Positions 26,961 to 42,125 of a DNA stretch of 64,000 nt are shown piece after piece; within the stretch, counting starts at the first letter, position 1, and each line of letters opens with the position of its first letter. Source of the DNA: Octopus sinensis (lineage: Eukaryota); contig NC_042998.1 in assembly GCF_006345805.1 (NCBI RefSeq), positions 67,022,001 to 67,086,000 of the forward strand, in the 5' to 3' direction. Both the position numbers and the translations under genes were made by a program. The notes beneath the pieces are model-generated. The model did no database searches, was not told the DNA's origin, and saw nothing but the letters and a program-made list of their open reading frames with translations.

Positions 26961-29813
26961 GAGAGAAATACAAAACCAAGTTATTGAGATGCATCACAGA
27001 TTTCTATAAAGTGCAATTTGAGACAGAATAACGAAACACTTTCGCTAGTTACAAAGCATGCATGAAGCGCTCGGCAAAACACACATTAACCGATTACACT
27101 TGGAAACCCACCCAAACTCACTCAGGAAATGAGAGATACCTGGTTTGAATCATTCGTCACTGAAATATCTCACTGTTCCGTCTCTAACATAACTTATACA
27201 ATTTTGAACTTCAGTAGCATTTTCAGTTGAACGTTTTAATCTCTTATTTCGCTCACAATCTAAATAATTGATTTTTATATTTACATTAGTCTTTAAAACG
27301 CTTACACAAATCAAAAGAATGTACATGTTCACCAGACCTGCTTCAAAAAGAAAGGTCTGTTGCATCATATCATACCATTACTACTTTAATCAAATGAAAG
27401 TCTATGTTAAACAATACATTCCGCGATATACAGAGAAGATATACGAATGGTCTGGAATGGCATTTACAACTGTTATGATTACTATAAAGTCCTCTGAGGG
27501 TACTGCAGATCGGAAACTTGTTGCAAGTGTTTAGATGTTTTTGTTTTTTTTTTGGTGGGGGGTTGACATGTCACTGTATAACAACGATAAAGTTAATAAG
27601 AATGTTTACTATTTACAATACCAGTAAAATTTTATGCTTCTTAACATTTTCGATATAAAGTGTAAATGTGTTCTGCGAAGATAGCAAGTTTGTATGAGAC
27701 GAGTGCTAGAAGTGACATAATATTTTATAAACAGAATAGATAGATAGATGAGGAGTATGCATAGTGAAATATCCTCATTGAATAAAAGTTTGGTGATCAG
27801 TCAGTTACAACAGGTGTATTGATGATAATATCAAGCATTATGGGATAATAATTTGATTTCTGAAACTCCTTTTGTTTAGCTCATTATCTCATAATTATCT
27901 ATTGATTCACCTTAATTTAAACAAGTCATGCAGCAATTTCCCCTGACCGATGATGAATTAGCTCATCTTGCTTAGCTCTCTCTACAGCGTAAACTGTTAC
28001 GAATGACAAATTTTCTGTTGACAGTTAAATAGAAATGAAGAGGAACAGCAATTACGAGAGGTATTCAATATCAACCTCTAGTGTCACGGGTCGTGTGTAA
28101 ATATCCTGTGAAAGGCATCATTATGTATTCTTGGACATGAGGCTGAAACCTTCTACTTCAATCGATACCCATAGCTGAATAATTAGGAACTAGAGGTGGG
28201 TCAATTTGCCTGAGGTCAAAATTACTGGATTTATGGTTGTGAGAAAAGAGAGAAAAGTAATTCTAAATACACGTGGCTTTCAACTCAATTCAGCTCAATT
28301 CAATTTCAATTTTATTTTATTTTCAAATTTATCGATGAAACAAAATGCAGATGACGACGTAAGGTGCGATATCAATTAATATAATTAGGTTGATAATAGA
28401 CAATAGCGTGGAGAGAATTAATATAAAAATAAGAATAAAATGAAAGATTTAATGAACAACGGATTTAATTAATCTTATTCATTAGGGAAAGAAATTCTTG
28501 GTATTGGCAAACTAGGCAACATGTGATGAGCTATTCTCGTTCTAATGAATATACTTATAGCATATTTTCTACTTAAACATAATATCTAAAAATGCGTCCA
28601 ATGCATCAATCAGTAAAAATTATTATTCAATATACATAGTCAAGGTGTTGGTATATTTACTAGAGGGGATATAGCATACAAGTTATATATATATATATAT
28701 ATATAATTTTAAAATAGGATAAAATCTTTATAAGGATTTATGAAGTAGTTAGCCCGAAAAACCTCATAAGGGAAAAAGTAATTAATTATTTCCTTTAGCT
28801 ATATTTATATTAAGGGTATTACTTTATATAAGTGCCTCACGTTAGGAGTGACTCTTACAGTCAAAACTACCATAATAAACACATTGCACTGAACGTATCT
28901 TTTAGGATATGTGACTTGCATAATTAGCGGTGCTAGATTTTTTGAGTTATAAAATATGAAACAGATATGTTTCACCGCCATTATAGTCAAAGTAAAACCC
29001 CAAGCAGTTAATTCTCCAACTGTAAACGAGAGAAAAATTAAACAAATAAAATAATATATTTTAAGAACCAGACTATTATACTGAATTAGTATATTTGTTT
29101 GCCTCCGAAGCATTATTATATATGACTTATTTATACTAGTGAAGAAAAACTATGAAGAAAAACTATGAAGGAAAATGATACTTGATGAGACAAACAAGCA
29201 GTAGGAAATTTTCAAGAATTCGAAGTGATTAGTCATGTAAGTATCATTAATAGTGAAATACAAAGAAAACTTAACAAACGTACATTAATTACTAATTAAC
29301 TAAAGACAGTTTCTAATTGATAAATACAACTGGAATCCTAGAGCTAAAATTTTTAATCCGTCAGCTCAGACAATATCATTAAATAATTCTCAAAAACTTG
29401 CCGGCTCTCTGTAGAAGAAACAAAACAAAACAAATAGAAAAGAAAACATGGCTAGCAAACCAACCTCTAGACTAGAAAGGTGAGGTTGTCTAGAAACGTT
29501 AACGTAAGTATGAAAGATATTGTTCTTGAGCAAACATTAGAAGCTTCTATGAAAATAAGAGAAATCATTGGTAAGCAATACTGACACTAATAAAAGGCTG
29601 TTGTTTCATTATAACACATTTCAAATATAAGCTGCGTTTTTACATACATGCTACTCCTTCCCTCTCCCTCTCAGTCTCTCTCATTCTCTATCTACTTCTC
29701 TCTCTCTCTCTCTCCCTCACTATATATTTAGATATGTGTATGCGTATTTCTACTTCTCTATCGCAACAGTATGAATCTACTCCCTAACTGCTTTGATATA
29801 TATACATACATAC

Positions 29814-29873
<60 letters not shown>

Positions 29874-29916
29874 ATATATGTTGTATGTATATCTGTACTA
29901 TGCTTGTATGTAAACA

Positions 29917-29986
<70 letters not shown>

Positions 29987-31247
29987 TATTTGCGTATGTG
30001 CGTGTATCTTTTTAAAGATCGAGAGTTACTTCGAAGTTTCTTCCATCGCATCCTACTGTGAAATTCAACGACAGATTAATCTAAACATTGAAAATATGAA
30101 CTTTCACACATATTAGTGTACTGAGTTCTTTATTCAGTTACTTGTCTATCTCTAGACACGCATATGCACAAACACACATACACACATACATGTAAACATA
30201 TACATACATTTGTATGTGTGTGTGCGCGTAAGAGCATTTTGTGCATCGAGGTAAATGCATGTAAATGTATACATATACATTCGAGTTATTTGCACGGCTT
30301 GAAGAGAATGAACTTGTTAATAAACGTTCGAGGCTGAAGTAAAATGTTCCACACCAATATATCGTTGAAACTCCAATACTTGTTTATGTTGACGCGCACG
30401 GTTCCCCATGTCACTTCGTTCTAAAATCTTGGACACAGTATTGAGTTTTGGATTTCGAGCGATATCTAGTCATATTCGTCAGCGATAACGTATTTCGGTG
30501 TAAATCCATATTAAAAGCTGGGGTATGGTGACTGCGGTCGCATGTAAAATAGTATGTTCATCCCAGAATCTCTGAAATCTCGTACCTCTAATTTTGGATA
30601 GGTTTGTCAGTTATTTCAAAAGGATACGCATTGCAACTGGACATATTGCCACGACATTGTGCATTGGTCATTGTGCATTACTGTTGCAACAGTATGAATT
30701 AGTTTATCCACTTACTGCTTTGATCCTGCAAATAATGAACGTATCTCCGGAACTATTAAGACATATACAGTTTTGAAAAATGGTTATAATACATCAGGAA
30801 ACACTTTTGTTTAATAGATGGATCACAAATTGCTTGCATATTCGTAATACCATGGAGATTTCTTGTCGATGTCGACTAGTAAATCACACTCACATACACA
30901 CACACACACGCGCACACACACACTCTCCCACACACACTCACGCGCTCATATATATATATGTGTGTGTGTGTGAGTGAATATGTGTAGTATGATTTGATGC
31001 AGTGCGCTTTACCACAAGTTTAGTACTTAAACTTCCTTCTCGTTTTTCTTCTCTATTCTACATTTTACATCTTAGACTATCAAAGCAGCTATTATATATA
31101 GAAAACATTTTAATACTTGTTTGTTTTATGTAATGTTGAATGACTGGCCAGTAATTACAAAATTCGTTTTAGATAACTACTTGAAACGTATATATTAAAT
31201 GCATAAATAAATTTACAATATCTAGATTTAGGTTTATGGTTCTTCAC

Positions 31248-31285
<38 letters not shown>

Positions 31286-31390
31286 AAACACAAATATATA
31301 TATATATATATACGTATATATATATATATATGTGTGTGTATATATGTCTGTGTGCGTTTGAGTGTTTGTATACCTATAGTTTTACCGTTC

Positions 31391-31674
31391 TCTTTTACTT
31401 GTTTCCCTGTTGTGGCTGTGGTCACGGTAGAGCATCACCTTAGAGTGTTTTTGTTGAACATTTCGTCCCCAGTACTTCTGTTGAAGCCTAATACTTACTC
31501 TATTGGCCTCTTTGTCAAACCGCTACGTCACTGGGATGTAAACACTTCAACACCGGTTGTCATGCGATGATAGGGGACAAACACATACACAGAGACACAC
31601 ACATAGAACCATATACACATATATATACACACATACACATATATATCTGTAAATATATATATATATATATATAT

Positions 31675-31708
<34 letters not shown>

Positions 31709-31912
31709 GATAGATAGATAGATAGATAGATAGCTATATGGATATATAGATACATAGATATAGGATGGGCTTCTTTGAGTCTCTTTCTACCAACTCTACT
31801 AAGAAAGCTTTGGTTGGCCAGTGGCAATAGTAGGAGACAGAAAACACTTGCTATCACGGAGTGGGACTGAACCCCGAATCATGTATTTGAGAAGGCAGTT
31901 TGTTACCAAGCT
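31391..31912 (-). mobile_element. tRNA-derived SINE family 1, diverged
   Basis: Same tail (tcttttacttgtttc...caccggttgtcatgcgatg...ggggacaaacac) and head (gtgggactgaacccc...) as the other family 1 copies, with an internal (TA)/(GATA) array. Confidence 0.75.
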
Positions 31913-31980
31913 ATATATGAATGAAATTTATCGAAAAACAATAGGCGAAGAAAGGTGTATAAACAACAAACAGGTATATA

Positions 31981-32031
<51 letters not shown>

Positions 32032-34895
32032 GCACATGTATTTATACGCGCGTATGTACATATGTGTAAGTATGTGTGTGACAGTTTGTGTTGCACTCTA
32101 AATTACTGAGACTACGTGTGCACCCATAAACATTATATTGAAAATTAAGAATTTTTGAATTGAATGAATAAAGAAAGGCCATAATCCAGTTTTCCGAATC
32201 AAGTCACGTTGACTCACTGCCTAGTTCAATTACACAGACACTGATGAGAGTAAAATAAAATAAAAATTGTAAAATGCCTCTGGGGGGAGATCTTTTGTTT
32301 CTTCTATTTCAGCCCTCAATGGATTGCTGATGGCAGCACATGAAAACGAAAATGCGGTGTTGAGATTAAACGTTTAACTATTTGAATCTTATGAAAGCGA
32401 ACCCCTCAACTAATTATAATTACATTGGACAATCTCGATAATAACTCTTTTAGCAAGACAATTGCTCTTTTATATGACTGTGGATATATTTTCCGACAAT
32501 CGATTGCGTGATTTAATCTGACAGAGAATGAGAATCAACGCCATTATCTGATGAAACTGTTAAAAATGAAATTGCTTTTTTTGTTAAAACGAAAAAAAAA
32601 GTCATAATAGAAAGAAAACAGAAGTAAAGATAGAACGAATAGCTCTGATTCTTCTTCGTAATGATTTGTCACTTCACTGTATATATTGTTTTTTTATTAT
32701 TCTCATCGTTATCTCCATTTGTCTTTCTCCACTTTCTTTGAGATTATAATTTCGGTCTTTGCAGTTGTATGGTTTTCCACTCTTTTTGAATTTTACATTC
32801 AACTCCTTTTTTTCGTTTATTTGTCACGTCTCTTTCCCTGTAGACACACATATCATTTATATTTCCGTGGACTTTGGCGGACTAAATCCATGATTCCCCA
32901 CCTAGCACGAAGGGTTTAGTTGTCCAAATCGACTCTAGTACTTAGTTTTCAAATTTGCTTCTTATTTTACTCATTCAATCGGTATTTTTTGCCAAATCGC
33001 TAAGTTATATTCACATGAATGCATATATAGTGTATCAACAGCAGTTTTGCATTCTGTCTTTCCTTAAGGTTCTTTTTCTGCACCTAACATTACTTCTTTA
33101 TACTTGCCACAGCATATTTATATTCAAATTCCTTATTGCTTTACATTCTTATTGTTTCTCCATTCCATCTAATGTCTATATCTCTTTCTAGCTATCTCTC
33201 TTTCTTCCTCTCTCTGCCTACCTCTCGATATCTAATTGTTTTCAAGCTGTTTTCAATATATGTCTTCACCATCTCTCTCTTTCCCTCTGTATCTATCTTT
33301 CTATCATTTTCTCTCTCTAAATCGTTTTCCCATCCCTTATATTTGCTGTGTTCATTCACCGATCCTTCTTTGTTTCTTAAAGGGCTTGCACTTTGTATTT
33401 CCTTGTTGGATAATCTATAACTGGGCTCTCACTGTTTAATTTTTATTTTTATTTTTATCTTCCTTGCAGTTTTGCTTCTTACTCCTTTTGTCATTTTTCT
33501 CTTTGTCGCACTCACGAAGTATCTCTTTGTTTCTTACACAAATTCCATTGTACCTCTCTTTCCCTCTTTTTCTGTGAAGGACACATAAATTGCACCCTCT
33601 CTCTCTACCTCTCTAGCTCTGTCTTTCTCCGTCTCTACCTGACACACGCTTGTTCACACCCTTTTCCTTTGTTGTTACAATTCTGTCTCGTTGTATCCTC
33701 AATGTCTCTTCCTATTTCCCTCTTTTCCCACCCTCTCTCTCCTTTTCTCTCAATCATTCTGTTCAAGTCTACGTTTTACTTTTACATCTCTCCCTCTTTT
33801 TGCTCTCTTAGTATTTCCACATTAGTCATTCTTTCCCAATATTCCTAATTATTTCGCGAATTTATTTGACTTTTGAATTTCAAAATATAATTAATGAAAC
33901 AACATTAAAACATATATGTATGTATTTGGTAAATTACCTGATCGATTAATAAATAATCTGATTAATTCTGCAGGGAAATCGTCTTATCAGTTCCATGCAC
34001 GCCTGTCAGTTAAATTTGCTTAATTGCTTACATTTTAAACATTGCTGCTATTACTGTTGTTTTTTCATCAATTACAACAAATATAACAGCGTTATGCTAT
34101 TAAAATAATCCTTTGGCGTTGGATTTATTTATCGATGTAGAATTGAGTAAAAATGAAAAGATAATGATGATGAAAGTGTCTAAGACTGTTTTCCTTCATT
34201 ACTACCATAGCATATTATTTTATATTAATTCTATGAAGATTTATATATTCATTGTGAATATCTACTACTTCCATTACATGTGCCTATTTTCAAGCGATTA
34301 TCAGCTAATATCGAGAATAACATCACTTAATATTTGACGAAGTTATTAATTGCTTATGAAAAAAAAGACAAAAATATTTAATGTGAATTTCTTTAAATAA
34401 CCAAATGTATTTAGAAATATTCTAGAAATGCCGTTAACAAATACCTCTTCAGAAAGCTTCCCGTTTATTAGCAGGTGTTATTAATATTTTCACTGATAAA
34501 CAGGTTTAATCAACTTTGGCACTCACACTCTCATTTCAGGAAATTTACCAGAGAGCAAGATAATTCAGTACGCCTTTATTTTTCTTCTAAAGTGATAATT
34601 AAAAATGCTGGAGCAAAGTTTTATTTGTGAGAAACAACTTGCCATGCTTATTTTCAACCTCACCCTACAATATAGTGTCTTTCGAAATAATCAACAGATA
34701 AAGGAAAATCTATTTGATCTTCCTTGCCAAATGTAGTCGGTGGAGCAATCTTCATAATGGATTTGCGAAATCCACAGATTATTCCTGCAAAGTGAAATCA
34801 GCCATTTCATAATTGCACAAATGAGCAATCATAGGAAACTGAACGAATTGACTCCGCCACCCCTCCTCATTCTTTTCCTTCTCCTCGTCCCCTTC

Positions 34896-34935
34896 CTACT
34901 ACTACTACTACTACTACTATTACTACTACTAATAT

Positions 34936-34990
<55 letters not shown>
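34896..34990. repeat. (CTA)n microsatellite
   Basis: Read directly from the sequence. Confidence 0.95.
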
Positions 34991-34991
<1 letters not shown>

Positions 34992-35214
34992 ATACAATTA
35001 CCGCCACCATTACATGATTGCGGGAGTTGATATCAAAGAAATGGAAAGAATAGAATATCAGGATCAATCCAGAGAGCTGTGAAAACTGTTGAAGACCAAA
35101 ACAATAATTATATCTGTAGTAATTGATGCATTGGACACAACATCCAAAAGACTGTAAAAAAATTCAAATTGAAACTCACTTTATCAACATGCATAAAAGT
35201 ACCACTCTATGATA

Positions 35215-35502
35215 TAATCGACGGCGAAGACGACAACGTAGACGACAACGACGACGATGATGTTAAAAATGATGATGACAATAGTGAAGTCAATGATGGA
35301 GGTGGTAGTGGTGGGGATGGCAATGAAAAAAATGATGAAGATGGTAACTTCAACAACAGCAGTAATAAAGAAAACGACAGTAATAAAGATAACACCACGT
35401 CCACCTCTACCACGAACAATAAGAACAATGATAAAATTATATTATTACTATTATTATTATTAATATCATTATTACTATTATTATTATTATTATTATTATT
35501 AT

Positions 35503-35560
<58 letters not shown>
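35215..35560. repeat. Degenerate GAC/GAT/AAC trinucleotide tract followed by (TTA)n(GTA)n
   Basis: Read directly; it explains the D/N-rich 137-aa pseudo-ORF. Confidence 0.85.
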
Positions 35561-35660
35561 TTACATACTTTGCAGAGATTGAGGGGCCTTTACTCATAGT
35601 TTACTTTAGAATGAATGGTGCTTGATGTATTTTTTGTTTGGTTTCAATATCAGTTGCAAA

Positions 35661-35725
35661 TTAGGAAAGTTGACAGTGTACATAGAGGCTTCTTAGGAAA
35701 GTTGACAGTGTACTTTAGAGACTTC
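35661..35725 (+). repeat. 32-33-bp tandem duplication
   Basis: ttaggaaagttgacagtgtacatagaggcttc followed by ttaggaaagttgacagtgtactttagagacttc. Confidence 0.9.
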
Positions 35726-36879
35726 TTAAATATTTATCTTCACCTCAATTTCCAAGCCAGAAACAAACTGTGCCGTGTAAAGAAGATAATGTTAGTTATA
35801 AATTCTGAAATATATATATATATTTACTTACGTCTTCTCTTGTTTAGCTTCTCGGATGTAACAATGATTTAAAACAAAATTACGACGGCCACATATTTCA
35901 AGGTAAACGTAATCTATTATATTGACCCTTCCACCGCTAATACCTGATGTGCGCTATCTATATTTTGTTGATCACTAAAGGATTAAAGGCTAAGAGGATC
36001 ACGGTGGGATGCCAACTCAGACGTTGAGTGACATAATACTAGAAGCAATCAAATCATCTTCATTCATATTATATCATCAAAAATGGTAGCTCGAATCTAT
36101 TTGACGGATGCAATGTATGCATTCTGAAAGAAGACTACTTTCCAGTTATTGCTACTGGTATATTGCGTTTTATTACCGAGACAGAAACACGTGTCAAGGA
36201 CTCTTCCCTTATCTGCCGACAATCAGCCTATCCTTTTCCATAATGCCATTTAGTAATTGTGACATCTCCTGAAGACGAGAAGATAATTTTAATGGATAAA
36301 GAATTTATGTTGTACAGTATTTGATATGACTACATTTGCCTGTTTTTCATATACATGACATTGCCTTACCTTACCTCGTTTTTGTTCAAATTTTGAGCAC
36401 ACAGCGCGCACGCATTCATCAGTCATCATCGTCACCACGGCTTCGCTTCACGAATGATTTTTTTTCCTTTTTCCGAAAGATTGTTTTTTATAATATCACG
36501 ACTATAGGTTCGACACTGGTTAACAAGCTCAGTACAAGACAGAGAGGTCATGCCGTCCTGGTGTGAGGCCCGCAAAATTATTTTCAGTTCATGAATTGTA
36601 GATTTACTAGTTTTAATGCAAAAACTATGTACTGAGATAAATACTCTCATTTTTGTATTTTGACGATCAACGTTTTTTTACTAATGATTTGCAACAAGCT
36701 GATAAACACCTGACAGATTGCAAAAGAATCGAAAAACCGACAATTCGAGAAAAACAAATTATGGCACCGAGGAAGGGAAACGTGACTATGACACATTGCG
36801 ATCTTAAATATTATTCTCGTGATATACCAGTTTTATCTACTTCGAATAGTAGGTTCTCCGTTTGCTTATTCTTTTATTG

Positions 36880-37254
36880 TTTGATTTGTTTTAGTCATTT
36901 GACTGCGGCCAAACTGGATCACCATCTTGAAGGCATTTTAATTGAAGAAATCGGCCCCTGGGCTTATTTCTTAAGCTTAGTACTTATTCTATCGGTCCCT
37001 TTTGCCAGATCGCTAATTTACAGGATCGCAAGCACACCAACACCGGTTGTCAAACGGTAATTGGGACACAGACGCAGACTCAAAAACAAATGTAGATAGA
37101 TATATATACATGCTAACACACACACACTCTCACGCACGCGCACACACACACTCACACAACACACACACAACACCACACACATATTATATATAATATATAT
37201 AGATATATATACACATATATATATATACACATATATGTATATATATATATATAT

Positions 37255-37290
<36 letters not shown>

Positions 37291-37450
37291 CACACACACA
37301 ACGGGCTTTTAATTTACATCTAAGAAATCCATTCACAATGCTTTGGTCGGCCTGCGACTATAGAAGACACTTGCGCAAGGTACCACACAGTGGAACTGAA
37401 CCCGGAAACATGTGTTTGCGAAGCAAGCTTCTTACCACATACCTACGTCC
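36880..37450 (-). mobile_element. tRNA-derived SINE family 1, near full length
   Basis: Reverse-complement match to the 55496-55903 copy: the tail agtcatttgactgcggcc...caccggttgtc and the head ctttggtcggcc...gaagacacttg...ctgaacccgg...aagcaagcttcttaccac. It has an internal (CA)/(TA) expansion. Confidence 0.8.
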
Positions 37451-38559
37451 ATTTGTTTGTTTTGTTTTTTGTTCTTTTTGAGCGGGAGACAATTGTGATT
37501 TACTCCAAGCAAGTGGTATAGTCGTTAGTGTATCAGTTAGATTGTATCGTGGTAATCATTCTGCTTCTGGGTTCAAATACCGATACAGTCAACCTGGCAT
37601 TTCATTTTTATCTTAGCTGGCTTAACAGTCCAGTACTATAGGAAATTATTCATTTACGTGCCACAATTTCTTAAAGAAACCATGGTCAAACATGGAGAAC
37701 GAAGGGATCCACGAGGGCTAACAATGTCCAAGATTTCACGTAGGTTATGATGACACACCTACGACTCCGATATTGTTTAGAGTGCCTAAAGCAAGGCTCT
37801 ATAAATTATGTTATCTATAAACAGTGGAACTGTTTATAGATAACATTATCGGATTCAGCAAAGTTCAAATGCTCTAATCAACATGTCTCAATTTACTACC
37901 GCATTAATTTAGATTCATTTATTTCCATGAGTGCCTACATGGAATGGAATTATTATTGACATTGATGATGAATCTTATTATTACGTATTTAATTTAAATT
38001 GAATAAAAATACAGATTTAATAATACTATATTTGTCAACATTTAAATAAAGTTTAAAGAGCTAGAGATACCGGAACAATTATTGATGTCACTTGCACAAA
38101 TATTATGCGTATATATGCTTGATTTTGTTTCATCTACTTTGCGTGTAATTTAAACCATTTATAATTAGTAAATATATTTAATTCATTTGTGTGTTTAATC
38201 ATAACAGACATAAGTCTCATTTATCCAACACAAAAAATAACATTATTAATCTATCATGTATGATATGATATATATCTTAGAAATTCACCGTCTTAGAGAA
38301 TTCACCCACGTGCTATAAAAATGCATAAAAAGGCAGCCAATGCCCACGAACGGACACGTATCATATATGTTGCTTTTGCGCCATTATTTTATTTTTATCT
38401 GCGTATGAAGTTGTGAACAGATATAGGCTAATTCTTGACTCTTCCATCATTTGTCTCACCAAAACATTCAGGAATAAAGAGTGCTGCAGTTCTATGCTAA
38501 TACTATTTTATATATGAACACATTGATGCTATTGGAAAGGAAGTACCTTGATCAAAGAG

Positions 38560-38639
38560 ACAATGCATCGAAAGACCAGGTGTTTGAAGTACAATTTTAT
38601 GGAGGTGAGCCAAACGCCAAAACCACTGGGCCACGTCCT
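38560..38639 (-). mobile_element. tRNA-derived SINE head fragment
   Basis: The minus strand reads gaggacgtggcccagtggttttggcgtttggctcacctccataaaattgtacttcaaacacctgg, with A-box-like TGGCCCAGTGG and a degenerate B box. Confidence 0.45.
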
Positions 38640-39810
38640 CCATTAAAAAACATATACTAATACACTTATTCTTATGAATACCTATAAGACGTTAGAGTGT
38701 TACAAATAAAATTTAAAAAATACACGGTTACCGAACTTGTGAACGATACAGTGTACTGATCCAAAATACTTTTATAACATTACAATCCACAAAAACTATG
38801 AACAATCCATGAACAATATTTTAATATGAAGAATAGGCGTATACCCCATACTGGGATGAACAATAAATACAGTAGGAGAAAACAGCAATGGTCGTAATCC
38901 TCTCAAATCCACATTATATATACGCTTCCGGGAACTTCCGGAAAGGTCACACATACAGAATCAGACTGGATAATGCAGAAAATGCAAATTTCTGCAGACT
39001 TTGAAATCACGTATTAGATATCAACTACTACATTTTGGGATGCACATCACGATACGTACTCGAGAGGGTGGAGATTTACAAGACGGATATACTGAAAAAA
39101 GTGGCTTCACTACGGTGGGAGTGAAATGTGTACTGTACGGTAAAGCAGGAGGTATAAAATCACGAATACGTATCACAAAATTCTCAATATCATATATATC
39201 CAAATGTGATACAAGGATATTCCAAAGTAATATATATTTAAAAAATAATTATTAACATTGGTCGCTATTATTGTGATAGGCACATGCACATAGACTCCTG
39301 TATGGTACTTACTTTAGCGACCTGAGAAGATTAAATGCCATATTCAACTCCAATGGTATTTGAACCAAGAAAGTAGAGAGGAACAACTATATGCGTTCCT
39401 GGAAATACTATTTCAAAATCATTTTTATTAGATATCAATCAATGTCTGCGATTTCCAAATTAATTTCTGTATACGAGGCAATTTATCACTCTATTGAATA
39501 GAAGATACAGTTTGTTGTCAATAGGAATAGAGAAGGAATAGAGAAGTAATGTCAAAGGTTATAGGAATTATCTGATATGCAATATCTATTGAAAATATCT
39601 CATAATCCCTCATCGACATTTACTACAGCATTTTGACCATAATTTAACACATTCTGTTTATCTAATATGATATCGTATAGATGACCTCTTTCGGGAATAC
39701 GCCGATGATTTATACTTAGAATGCAGACATGGGTGTGTGCGTGTATATATATATATATCGTATGTATGTGTGTATGAGCCTCTATTTGTACGTATGCATG
39801 TATATGTATG

Positions 39811-39892
<82 letters not shown>

Positions 39893-41949
39893 ATACATAC
39901 ACATACATATATACAAGTATGTATCTATGTATTCATACTTATTTGTATGTAAGAGTGTGGTTATATGTAGAGAATTATACACGTTCACTCGCGCACATAC
40001 ACGCACATTTGCATGAAAGTCGGTACAGAAAAGGGAAACCCTGGGTGTTTTCTCAGTATGTATCTCTACCTCTGTGTGCCTGGATATCCACCCATCCATC
40101 CATCTATCCATACATACATACATACATACATACATACACACACACATACATACATACATACATACATACATACATGCATGCATACATATATACATACATA
40201 TTAAAAGATAAGTAACAAAACTGCCTAAAAATTGTGTAACTATTCCTACCAAATAGACCGCTTTGCGTAATTCACAAACATAAAGTTACGAATATATATA
40301 TATATATATACACAGACGCACACATACACAGGACTGTATACCCCCCATATATATATATATATATTATATAATATATATATATATATATATATAATATATA
40401 TATACATGCGTCTGTGTGTATGTTTGTCTGTCTGTATACGCAAACACGCCTACACACGCACACGCTCAGCTATGCATACGTACTGAAATTAGACATAGAG
40501 AACCAGTTGGATAGACAGATTATTTTGGTAGGTGTTTTTGTTGCCTCTTTGGTAATCAATGTTTTTATTTTCAATATTGACGGATACGATATTGTATGCC
40601 GTTCAATGAGTATATATAGCGTCCCAGACATTTAACAGAGCAATATAATTCATTTATAATTCTATACGCTACAGAAAACTCTATTCACAATCTTACCCAA
40701 TAATTGTTGGATGAATCCTTCTGAAATTGTGTGATCGAAGTCTCATAATTAGAAGCCAAAATATATTAAATTCAAATCAATTATTCGTTCAATATTGATA
40801 AAAATATTCGAAGCTTTGGAGGAGTGAGTCTTCATTTGTTGTGATTTTGCCACTATGTTTGTATGGATCACTGCAACCTGCTTGTTACGTCTCACAACCC
40901 GACACCAACAGAAGTTATAGCTTCCATAAATAAATGCACTTTTAACTTCTTTCTCTAATATATTCTAACCAGTTTTCTTTGTCTTTTTTTCTTTAGGTCA
41001 AACGATGCTACATCAAATATAGCAGCTCCAAATATACTGAATAAATTATATTGCCTCCGTAAAAGAACAAATATTTAATATATTCTAAATTAATCTCCAC
41101 ATTTCTGAAAGAAAATGTTTCACAGATATTTATTAGGAAATGCATTCTTACTGTAGCTAACTATAGCCAATTTAAGAACATGTTTAGGTAACTTTACCAA
41201 ACGTATCCTTCAAATGTTACGATGGAAAACTATATTTTGGGTAATATTATAAGAAACCTCTCAATGAATAGTTGTTACTAATATCACAGCTACTAATTAT
41301 ATAAATCAACCAAGAATAAACACTTTATATTCGGAGGTAAATTATAACACGCATTTGCACCTAACGGGTATTTATATATATATGTATGTCATGGTGTGTG
41401 CGCGTACTCAGGCGTTTATCTACTGTGACATGGGAGTAATAAGTAAATTCTAGTTCTATAGAGGCACAAACATGAAATTTGTGGAAGTTGCACGATTGCC
41501 TTTACACCAACACATATTAAATTCAAATACAACCAAGGTCAAATTTAACCTTCATATCTGATATGAAGCTATAGGGTCAAATAATCTACAGTAAGGACCA
41601 AAGTCGATGCCATTTACTAAACTTGCCCTAAAAAATGTCGGTTTCATACCTTCATTGGAGACAATATTACAATATTCTCATCTAAATGCACCTTCGCCTA
41701 CATACATATGACGTACGTATACACCCCCTATACACACATACACACATTTTTTGCATGTATACGATTGTTCAGCTTTATTTCAAGATTTCTTGCCAATAGA
41801 CAAAAAGCCGGTTTCTAACCTAGATTCAAGGCTCATTTACTGGAATTTGAACATCAGCAACGAAGGGCTATGCCTGAAACCTGATTTATCACTCTAATTT
41901 TAACATGTGTATATACAAATATGTAAGTATGTGCATATATGTATGTATG

Positions 41950-42004
<55 letters not shown>

Positions 42005-42125
42005 CAAAATCAAGGAACGGCCATAATAGGCCATTCACCCACTAGAAATAACAGCCAAGGCTTCGACCGCAAAACAACATTAATTCCGCAAACCAGGAGA
42101 AAATTAAAAAATCATTTACCCTGTA

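Noticed and set aside
30716-30725. 10-nt minus-strand microexon candidate (ttcattatttgcag|GATCAAAGCA|gtaagt); similar AG/GT-bounded pieces near 32323, 40998, 43870, 54410 and 57261
   Set aside because: Splice-like matches without supporting coding signal are common in AT-rich DNA, and no consistent gene model links them.
35169-35582. 137-aa D/N-rich ORF
   Set aside because: It consists of degenerate GAC/GAT/AAC and TTA/GTA repeats and is not distinguishable from SSR decay.
38926-38946. TTCCGGGAA (STAT GAS-like) next to TTCCGGAA (ETS-like)
   Set aside because: Short motifs with no promoter context or conservation evidence, and expected by chance.
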